Shown: positions 32,692 to 40,100 of the stretch, one piece after another
How the letters are laid out: each line of letters begins with the position of its first letter
Position numbering within the stretch: position 1 is the first letter of the stretch
From: Frisingicoccus sp.
Lineage (GTDB): Bacteria > Bacillota > Clostridia > Lachnospirales > Lachnospiraceae
Reading direction: 5' to 3'
NCBI RefSeq assembly: GCF_048388605.1
Contig: NZ_DBGCTU010000024.1
Location: 6,939 to 70,938, forward strand
Length of the DNA: 64,000 bases
Made by a program: the position numbers and the translations under genes
The notes under the pieces: generated by a model
What the model was told of the DNA's origin: nothing
What the model saw: only the letters and a program-made list of their open reading frames with translations
Databases searched by the model: none

Positions 32692-34326
32692 ATGAAAGAC
32701 TACAAAAGAATTAAAGACCCCATATATGGATATATACAAATACCGGTAAGGTATATGACAGATATTGTTGACACAGCACCGTTTCAAAGATTGCGGAGAA
32801 TAATACAAACAAGTTATTCTCCGCTTTACTCTTCTGCGGTACACAATCGTTTTGTTCATTCAATGGGCGTTTATTATCTGGGAGAATTGGCAGCTGATCA
32901 GTTGACTAGAGAAGCAACAGTTAAAATAGATAATACAATTAATTTTTCTATGTATGGTGAAGTTTTCAAGCTTGCATGTCTTTTACATGATGTAGGCCAT
33001 GCTCCCTTTTCTCATACGGGAGAGAGTTTTTATCTTGGTGAAGATCATGATTATACAAAGTTGCACGAAAAGTTAATTGAAGTTATTGGAAGTACAGAAT
33101 TTGAAAGGGACATTCCGCAGGATAAAAGCTTAGCAGCTGCACCACATGAGATTATGAGTGCGATAATAGGTGTTTTAAAATATAGAACTTTTTTTGATAC
33201 TGTAGAGAAAAAAGAGCTTTTTGTTCGTTGTATTACGGGGTATAAATATTCTGTAAGAACGACAGAAAACAGTATAAAGAATTGTTTTATTTCAATGCTT
33301 AATTCTAAGGTAATTGATGTTGATAAGTTGGATTATCTAATCAGGGATGCATACATTACAGGATTTGATACAGTAAATATTGACTTTGAAAGATTACTTT
33401 CTTCACTTACACTTTCAAAGAATAATGGAATGTATGAGATTGCATATAATAAAAACGCAATTAGTGTTATTGAAAATGTAGTTTATGCTCATGATGCAGA
33501 AAAGAAATGGATTCAAACACACCCTGTAGTTCTTTATGAGGCTTACATACTTCAGCATGTTTTTTCGCATTTAAGTGAAAATATGGATAATGAAGGTAAA
33601 AAATTATTTTCTTTGGAATCATTAAGCGTAGAGGGGCAGCAATTTAATGACAATATATCTATTGCCTTATTATGTGATGATGATATAATTTTTTTGATGA
33701 AAAATGTATATCCCAATGAAATTAGTAAAGAATTTTTTGAGCGTAGAGAAAGGCGTCACCCTGTATGGAAGTCAGAGGCCGAATATAAAGCTTTTGTTTT
33801 AAATTTGGCGAGAGGTGGCGAACTTTTGCAGGAGTTTGAAACCGCCATGAGTGTTACTGCAAAATATCTCATTAAAAGTACTGATTCATGGGTTATAGAT
33901 GATGCGCTCATTGATAAGCTTGAAAAAGAAAAAGTGGTTCTTGAAGGAATGGATATAGATCCTGAGACAAAAGAAGTGCAGTTAGGAAATAAGATAAAAA
34001 TTTTAAAGGTAATGCATTCTTTACAGAGTTATGCAAAAGAAAAAGGAATTGAATGCAATTTTGTGATTTTGATGGCTTCGCAGTTTAACAGTGGATTTGG
34101 AAAATCAGACTTTTCTGCGACAAAAGTAGTGTTCCAAACGAAGGATGAGGACAAAGTTGCTAAGGTTGGTGATATTGTATCTTCATTGCAAGCAAAGGAG
34201 AAGGAAAGAGATAATTTCTTTTACCTATTTTATAAGAGAAAAGAAGATATGAGCATAGATGATATAGAGATAGATAATCAAGAGATATGTAAAAGATTAT
34301 TTAAAGAAGTTGTTTTTGAGGATTAG
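32692..34326 (+). CDS. SAMHD1/dGTPase-like HD-domain dNTP triphosphohydrolase
   Basis: Contains IKDPIYGYIQIP, TAPFQRLRRIIQ, HNRFVHSMGV, LLHDVGHAPFSH and DVDKLDYLIRDAYITG. This is the ordered motif set of the dGTPase/SAMHD1 HD family. The C-terminal 200 aa or so are unassigned. Confidence 0.8.
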   Translation: MKDYKRIKDPIYGYIQIPVRYMTDIVDTAPFQRLRRIIQTSYSPLYSSAVHNRFVHSMGVYYLGELAADQLTREATVKIDNTINFSMYGEVFKLACLLHDVGHAPFSHTGESFYLGEDHDYTKLHEKLIEVIGSTEFERDIPQDKSLAAAPHEIMSAIIGVLKYRTFFDTVEKKELFVRCITGYKYSVRTTENSIKNCFISMLNSKVIDVDKLDYLIRDAYITGFDTVNIDFERLLSSLTLSKNNGMYEIAYNKNAISVIENVVYAHDAEKKWIQTHPVVLYEAYILQHVFSHLSENMDNEGKKLFSLESLSVEGQQFNDNISIALLCDDDIIFLMKNVYPNEISKEFFERRERRHPVWKSEAEYKAFVLNLARGGELLQEFETAMSVTAKYLIKSTDSWVIDDALIDKLEKEKVVLEGMDIDPETKEVQLGNKIKILKVMHSLQSYAKEKGIECNFVILMASQFNSGFGKSDFSATKVVFQTKDEDKVAKVGDIVSSLQAKEKERDNFFYLFYKRKEDMSIDDIEIDNQEICKRLFKEVVFED

Positions 34327-34598
34327 ATTGGTTTTACGGTAAAACCATATAGAATCTATACCAGCAATCACCATCTTATACAGGCGTTACACCAGATTGC
34401 ACGAGATTATACGTGCTTGCAAATGTGACGATTGCCCTTTTTCAGGGGGTCTGCTAATGGCTTGCTAATGGAACCACTTAAAACCAGCTTATATCAGCTT
34501 AATCGTGCCTGTACTGGCTTGACAGTGAAATGTGAAAAAAGCTTGATTTTGCTTGACTTTTCTTATACCAACTTACTTCTGCCTGACACCTTTGGGGC

Positions 34599-34644
34599 GA
34601 ACTCCTAAGCGAGGGGTCAGAGGTTCAAATCCTCCCGGAGACGG
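34599..34644 (+). other. tRNA 3'-half-like fragment 1 (anticodon loop to acceptor 3' strand); putative att remnant
   Basis: GAACTCCTAAGCG...GAGGTTCAAATCCTC...GGAGACGG shares CTCCTAAGCG with the tRNA-Arg anticodon arm. No matching 5' half lies upstream. Confidence 0.6.
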
Positions 34645-34651
34645 CTGCTAA

Positions 34652-34698
34652 AAGCGGGAATTATTAGCCGGAAAGGTTGAATAATTGTCCGCTTTTTT
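34652..34698 (+). terminator. intrinsic terminator following tRNA-like fragment 1
   Basis: GCGGGAATTATT / AATAATTGTCCGC long stem followed by TTTTTT. Confidence 0.6.
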
Positions 34699-35234
34699 CT
34701 TTGAATAAGAGGTGTTTGTTTTGATGTACCCCTGTGTTTAGACAGGTAAATCAGAGGAAAGCTCGGATAAGGGATTTGATAAGCAATATAAATGTATCAG
34801 TTCAGGCCGTGCCATTCGTAAAACCGCACTACGTGCTAACCGCGGCTGTCGCCGCTGTTTTACTCATATTCGGGCGCTCAGCACATCTGAATATCAGTCG
34901 CCGGATTTTTATGCGAGCATAAATCCGTCGCCTGACATCAGATGGCTGAACTGATATATATAAATTACATGAAGTGTCAAACGAGAAGCTCGTTTGGATC
35001 GGATTTACAAAATCCGGTCTGAACGGGCTTTTTCTGTTTCAGAAAAGAGAGGAGGCAGAGATGTGGAAGAAAGAGAGAAAGTGAAAGAGTATTGCGGAGT
35101 ACGGTATCCTGGATGATGATCGAAAGAAAAATGCGGAGCTGTTTGAGAAAGCATACCGGAATGAAATACAACACTTTACATTTATGCTTAAAAATAATAT
35201 AATATAAGAAAAAATGTAAAGAAGAGAGATATAT

Positions 35235-35828
35235 ATGACTAAAACAATGCTTTTAGAACAATTAATTGAAAAAAACCATGGGTATCTTCTTACTGCCCTT
35301 GCAGAAAAGAACCAGATTTCCAGAACATACGTAATGAAATATGTGAAAGCACATTCTATGGAGAAGGTTGCGCAAGGGATTTATATAGCTGATGATGTGT
35401 GGCCGGATGAATTATTTATCCTTCAGATCAGAAATCCTTCGGTTATTTTTTCTGGCGAAACTGCTCTTTATCTGCATGGCTTAATTGACAGAGAATATAC
35501 AGAAGTCTGTATTACAGTACCGAATGGATATAATGCCACTCGTTTGAAAAGAGATAATGTCCGGGTGAAATATGTTCCAAAAGAAATTCACAGTATGGGA
35601 GTTTGCGACGTTCCTTCCATCAGTGGGAATATAGTCAGAGCTTATGACAAAGAAAGATGTATCTGTGAATTGATAAAAGACAGAAAAAAATATGAAATAC
35701 AGAATTTTCAGACAGCAGTAAAAGATTATATGTCAAGGAAAGAGAAAAATTTATCCAGATTGCTTGAATATGCAGAAAAACTGAAAATCAGGGATGAAGT
35801 GATGAAATATGTGGAGGTACTTGTATGA
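35235..35828 (+). CDS. AbiEi/AbiGi-family antitoxin-like protein (type IV TA, abortive infection)
   Basis: 197-aa ORF with an N-terminal wHTH. Its overall sequence is typical of AbiEi_4-type proteins. It overlaps the downstream AbiEii-like gene by 4 nt (ATGA). Confidence 0.7.
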   Translation: MTKTMLLEQLIEKNHGYLLTALAEKNQISRTYVMKYVKAHSMEKVAQGIYIADDVWPDELFILQIRNPSVIFSGETALYLHGLIDREYTEVCITVPNGYNATRLKRDNVRVKYVPKEIHSMGVCDVPSISGNIVRAYDKERCICELIKDRKKYEIQNFQTAVKDYMSRKEKNLSRLLEYAEKLKIRDEVMKYVEVLV

Positions 35829-36373
35829 TTCATACATCAAAACAGCTAAAAGACAAAGTGCGTAACCTTTCAAAAGGAGATAATGACATTGCGAAGGCAC
35901 TGATCCGGACATTTATGATGGAACGATTCCTTGAAAGGGTTTCTTTATCGAAATATAGAGAAAATCTTATTTTAAAAGGCGGAATGCTTGTAGCATCTAT
36001 AGTGGGAACGAACTTAAGAGCAACAATGGACATTGATACAACAGTTAAAGCGCTTCCTTTAAATAAAACTGAGGCAGAAAAAATAGTGGATGAAATAGCT
36101 GCAGTACCTGTTGAGGATGGCGTGACCTTTCAAATTAAGTCTATCACAACGATTATGGATGATTTCGACTATCCGGGTGTCAGGATTATGCTTGAAGCTA
36201 TATTAGAAAAATTGAGGCAGAGTATAAAGCTTGATATATCTACAGATGATGTTATGGCTCAGATGTGGGAACGGTTTCGCAAGAAAAATTATTTTGTCGG
36301 TGAACTTCAATGGGAGGAGGTGTCCGGAAAAGTTATTCAAAATATACAAGAGATTGTAGTCGAAAAGTCGTAG
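35825..36373 (+). pseudogene. AbiEii/AbiGii-family nucleotidyltransferase toxin, abnormally short (probable internal deletion)
   Basis: The N-terminal NTase core is present (ILKGGMLV, MDIDT). After KLDISTDDV the sequence jumps to a C-terminal-like tail (WERFRKKNYFVGELQWEEV). It is 182 aa, whereas I recall this family as substantially longer. Confidence 0.55.
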
Positions 36374-36622
36374 ACAAACCGACCATATCACGGTATTATA
36401 TATATGTAAATCCGATTAATTTAATACTGTTTATCATTCCTGCACAACGGGAAATGGTAATCGATTCTAAAGCAGGCCATGAACAGTAATGCATTGTCCT
36501 AATATTTCATCTTTAACTCGGCATTACAGAGGCTTACAGTAATTAACCGGATTCGATTGATAAATCAAGAAATAACGTTGTTTTCTTATCATAAAAGGGA
36601 ATCGGCTTGACAGGCATGATTT

Positions 36623-36667
36623 GAACTCCTAAGCGCTAGCTGTGGGTTCGATTCCCGCAGGGGACGG
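36623..36667 (+). other. tRNA 3'-half-like fragment 2; putative att remnant
   Basis: GAACTCCTAAGCG (identical 13-mer to fragment 1), then the T arm GTGGG-TTCGATT-CCCGC, then GGGGACGG. It is followed by a hairpin and TTTTTT at 36677-36730. Confidence 0.6.
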
Positions 36668-36726
36668 TTGCAAACAAAGCGGTAATGATTAGCAGAAAAT
36701 GCTATGTCATGAAACGCTTTTTTGTT

Positions 36727-36933
36727 TTCATCAAATAAAAAAAGCAAGTGGGATACCGTCATAATCCATAAACAGCCTCATGCCGACAAGAGGAAGTAGT
36801 TGGTACAGTCATAGTAAAGGATATCCCTGTGCCGTTCAAGAATTTTTTGACTGTTTTTGTAAAGTTCCGCCTGAATAAAATCATTTTCCTCGGCGAGTAC
36901 GGAAAGGGCACGGTAAATGTCATTCAGGTCATA
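36727..36933 (-). pseudogene. IS1634/IS4-superfamily transposase fragment
   Basis: The minus-strand translation gives DIYRALSVLAEENDFIQAELYKNSQKILERHRDILYYDCTNYF then a stop. In another frame it gives LFMDYDGIPLAFFI. Both are conserved blocks of IS1634-type DDE transposases, with the intervening region deleted. Confidence 0.55.
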
Positions 36934-37464
36934 TTATAAGGGTTAGAAGGTATTTATTTGATAGAAAAACGAGATCAGACTGTCAAACTTCCGGATTCTT
37001 TTATTCACTAAAAAAGAATTGTAATTTATGTATAATTTTCGTATAATAATAAAGAGACTATGAAGGGGTCTTTTCTGCACTTATGGTTATGGAACTCTAC
37101 GGATTCACTTATTTTCTGAATTTTTATTCTGTTCCGTGACGGAATTGTCCGGAATATGCGCCGGTTGTCATGGAATATTCGGTCATGGCAGAGGAAACCA
37201 CTGGAAAGATTCTTGCAGAGATGAAATGACAGATAGTATCTGATTGCAGCTGTACCAAACAGTTCATATATATATGGCTCAGAAAGTATGCGTGAGGGCA
37301 CGATTTTGTTACGGTATCTTTGATATAATAAAATATATTTTACATAAAATGAGCTGCCCGACAAATGGTGAGCCTGCAGATTTTTTCGCACTTTGTGCTT
37401 TCAAAATCTGCAAAATAAAATAAGATGTTTGTATATAAGATTACTTGAAAAGGGGGATCGAATC

Positions 37465-38130
37465 TTGAAAAAGACGGAAAATACAGAGGTTCGAAAACAT
37501 TCATGGAGGCATATGTTTCTAACTATTCTGGGGACTGTTCTATGTATCATTCTGATTCCGATTTTAATAATGAATATTTCGCTTATTGTGAAGAGCTATA
37601 CAAATAGTGATAAAGTTCCGAGTGTTGGTGGTTATCTGCCTCTGATCGTGCTGACAGATTCTATGTATCCGGAAATACACAGCGGAGATTTGATTATTTG
37701 CCATACGATAAATCCGGAGGAGGTTGCGACAGGTGATGTGATTGCCTTTTTTGATCCGGCAGGAAATGGGACAAGCGTTGTGACACACCGGGTGGTTGAG
37801 ATAACCAGGGAGAACGGGGAACTTGCATTTATCACAAAAGGTGATGCCAATAATGCGGAGGATCAGATGCCGGTGCCAGCGGGGAGTTTGGTGGGACAGT
37901 ACCGCACCCGTATTGCCGGAGCGGGTAATATCGCAATGTTTATGCAGACCACCACGGGACTGATTGTTTGTGTGGGTGTTCCGTTGGTTCTTCTGATCGG
38001 ATATGACGTTTTGCGCCGGAGACGCTATGAGAAGAGCAGGAAGGCGGATACAGATGCGCTGCTGCGGGAATTGGAGGAGCTGCGATCCCAACAAAAAAAT
38101 GAAAAAGGTCATTCGGAGGATGACAAATAG
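37465..38130 (+). CDS. sipW: SipW-type (S26B, ER/archaeal-type) signal peptidase I, copy 1
   Basis: Contains VLTDSMYPEIHSGDLII (catalytic Ser), THRVVEI (catalytic His) and KGDANN. A C-terminal TM helix is followed by a charged tail. The start is proposed at the TTG at 37465, 7 nt after AAGGGGGA; the upstream part of the track ORF has no RBS. Confidence 0.8.
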   Translation: MKKTENTEVRKHSWRHMFLTILGTVLCIILIPILIMNISLIVKSYTNSDKVPSVGGYLPLIVLTDSMYPEIHSGDLIICHTINPEEVATGDVIAFFDPAGNGTSVVTHRVVEITRENGELAFITKGDANNAEDQMPVPAGSLVGQYRTRIAGAGNIAMFMQTTTGLIVCVGVPLVLLIGYDVLRRRRYEKSRKADTDALLRELEELRSQQKNEKGHSEDDK

Positions 38131-38229
38131 ACAGGAAGAATGGACTGTCTGTGAAAATGGTATTCCATCCATGAAGGCCACGCTGTGGATTGAATATAGA
38201 TGAAATACGGAAGAAAGGAGAATTTCGCT

Positions 38230-38943
38230 ATGGAGAAAAATAGAATGATGCGTTTGGCTTCTGCTCTGCTGATATTGACGCTTTTGACTACATGCATGAT
38301 CAGCGGAACCTTTGCGAAGTATACCACGAAAGCAGAAGGAAGCGATACGGCACGGGTTGCAAAGTGGGGAGTGACTGTTACGGCAAATGGCAGCACTTTT
38401 GCAACAGAATATAATACAGATGATGGAATGGTATCAGGTACTATTGCAAAGTCTGTTGTAGCAGCGACATCGGCTAGTGGAACACAAGATAATCTTGTTG
38501 CTCCGGGGACCAAGGGAGAGATGACAAAGATGGCATTGAGCGGCACACCGGAAGTTGCAGTTAAGGTGAGCTATGTAGGACAGTTTGATATCAGCGATAA
38601 TTGGAAGGTTAATGGAATATTTTATTGCCCATTAGTTATCAAAGTGAAATCTGAAACTGGTACAACAGAAATTAAGGGCTTAACGTATACAACGGCTACT
38701 GATTTTGAAAATGCTGTCAATAATGCGATTGCTGATTATAGTACAAACTATGATGCCAATACTAATCTTTCCTCCAAGTCGGATGATTTTTTGTCCGTAG
38801 AATGGGAATGGCCGTTTAGTATTACGAATGATGATAATACGACTAATGATGAAAAGGATACATTTCTTGGTGGACAGGCAGCAAGTAATAATCCGGCTAC
38901 GGTTACCCTTACAGTAACAACAACCGTAACCCAGATCGACTGA
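38230..38943 (+). CDS. TasA/BsaA/camelysin-like secreted protein with a SipW-dependent-type signal peptide (candidate major fibre subunit)
   Basis: The N-terminus MEKNRMMRLASALLILTLLTTCMISGTFAKYTTKAEGSDTARVAKWGVTV matches the h-region plus TFA(W/Y)(F/Y)T pattern of SipW substrates. The body has APGT...N and EWEWPF...DT.LGGQ...LTVTTTVTQID blocks shared with two neighbouring genes. Confidence 0.7.
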   Translation: MEKNRMMRLASALLILTLLTTCMISGTFAKYTTKAEGSDTARVAKWGVTVTANGSTFATEYNTDDGMVSGTIAKSVVAATSASGTQDNLVAPGTKGEMTKMALSGTPEVAVKVSYVGQFDISDNWKVNGIFYCPLVIKVKSETGTTEIKGLTYTTATDFENAVNNAIADYSTNYDANTNLSSKSDDFLSVEWEWPFSITNDDNTTNDEKDTFLGGQAASNNPATVTLTVTTTVTQID

Positions 38944-38983
38944 TTCCAGGCGAATGAAATCGTATGATTGATTACATAAGACC

Positions 38984-39024
38984 ACACCCGTTCCGACGTG
39001 GCCGGGCGGGTGTTTCGTCTTTTG
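38984..39024 (+). terminator. possible leaky intrinsic terminator after the 237-aa TasA-like gene
   Basis: ACACCCG (38984-38990) pairs with CGGGTGT (39007-39013), followed by TTCGTCTTTTGTTTT. Confidence 0.4.
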
Positions 39025-39117
39025 TTTTCGCCAGAATCCATGGGATGTCTCATGGATTTTCGCGAAAGCAAAAGAGAGGATGTAAAAAAATAATCTGTGA
39101 AAGGAGGCTCCCGGAGG

Positions 39118-40089
39118 ATGGAAGAGAAAAGCGGCAGAAAAGAGAAAATGAAAAGTGGGAATGAGAAAAGAGAGTTGCTTTTTGTATTTCTTTTTCTTTT
39201 CATCTGTGTGGCTTTGACCAGTATTTTGTTGGCTGAACGCCTGAGTGCCCTTGCGGCATCCGAGAGCAATATCATTGCACTGGCTCCGTCCGAAGAAAAA
39301 ATAGAAGCAATAGAAGCTCCGGGGACTTTGACAAAGGAAAGCAACTACTCAAAGTCCGAAACAGTGAGAGCTGCTGCAGCTTCCACACGGATGGATGGGC
39401 AGTCTGAAATTTCACAGGGAGAGGCTCCGGAATATCAGGCAGGAGATGGAACCGGGACATGGACAACGGATACGAGAGTAGATCTCTTTCGTGTGCAATA
39501 TGAAAATGATCAGAAGGTCGTAACGGTCTGCGGAAATGACGGAGATGAAGTGATCGCTCCGGGAACGGAAAATGACTATACCTTCTGGCTGAAAAATACG
39601 AGCAATGGGACGGCAGATTATGAGATGTCAGTGGAGGCCTATATGACGTCCGGGGAGGCGGAGATCCCCGTGAAGGCGAGAATGAAAAATGATGGGGGAG
39701 ATTACCTGCTCGGCAGTGAAGAACAGTGGGATGAGGTTTTGGCATTAAATGGAGTTTCTGACAAGGCGACCCTGGGGGCCAACCGGTATGCCCGTTATAC
39801 GCTGGAATGGCAATGGCCCTTTGAATCCGGAGACGATGAATCAGATACGGCTCTGGGAAATCAAACAGAGGGAAAGGATATAGCACTTACTGTCGTTATC
39901 AAAACAGTCACTTCGGCAAATACAGATCCTGATTTGTCCGAAGGTCTCTCGCAGCCGGGAAGATTGGGTGTTCTGCCAAAAACAGGTGATGAGACACACA
40001 TTATGTTTTATCTGCTTCTTCTTGCGGGCTCAGGAACCCTGATTGTGATCATGCTGGTGAAAAGACGGAGAGAAAAAGCTTCCAGATGA
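39118..40089 (+). CDS. LPXTG cell-wall-anchored protein with a TasA-like domain
   Basis: The C-terminus LPKTGDETHIMFYLLLLAGSGTLIVIMLVKRRREK has the sortase signal, a TM helix and a basic tail. The body shares APGTENDYTFWLKNTS and YTLEWQWPFESGDDESDTALGNQ...LTVVIKTVT with the upstream gene. The N-terminal signal has ALAAS. Confidence 0.75.
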   Translation: MEEKSGRKEKMKSGNEKRELLFVFLFLFICVALTSILLAERLSALAASESNIIALAPSEEKIEAIEAPGTLTKESNYSKSETVRAAAASTRMDGQSEISQGEAPEYQAGDGTGTWTTDTRVDLFRVQYENDQKVVTVCGNDGDEVIAPGTENDYTFWLKNTSNGTADYEMSVEAYMTSGEAEIPVKARMKNDGGDYLLGSEEQWDEVLALNGVSDKATLGANRYARYTLEWQWPFESGDDESDTALGNQTEGKDIALTVVIKTVTSANTDPDLSEGLSQPGRLGVLPKTGDETHIMFYLLLLAGSGTLIVIMLVKRRREKASR

Positions 40090-40100
40090 GGAGGATACAG

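Noticed and set aside
34599-36667. Whether the two tRNA-like fragments are functional tRNA genes.
   Set aside because: No complementary 5' acceptor strand (CCGTCTC or CCGTCCCC), D arm or anticodon 5' stem lies upstream. They are kept only as att-like remnants.
37026-37391. 121-aa minus-strand ORF, and other short ORFs in 36.9-37.4 kb.
   Set aside because: There is no RBS, and the composition is odd (many Y, R, I and stop-proximal frames). They lie in the IS-relic seam and are likely non-coding debris.
37376-37411. The inverted repeat upstream of sipW-1 as an invertible (phase-variable) promoter switch.
   Set aside because: The arms are only 9 bp and 18 nt apart, and no functional invertase or recombinase lies nearby. 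More likely it is a simple hairpin or operator.
37393-37464. N-terminal extension of sipW-1 in the ORF track (MCFQNLQNKIRCLYIRLLEKGDRI).
   Set aside because: It starts on a non-ATG codon inside an inverted repeat and has no RBS. A TTG at 37465 has AAGGGGGA at ideal spacing. The exact start remains uncertain, and Met41 is an alternative.
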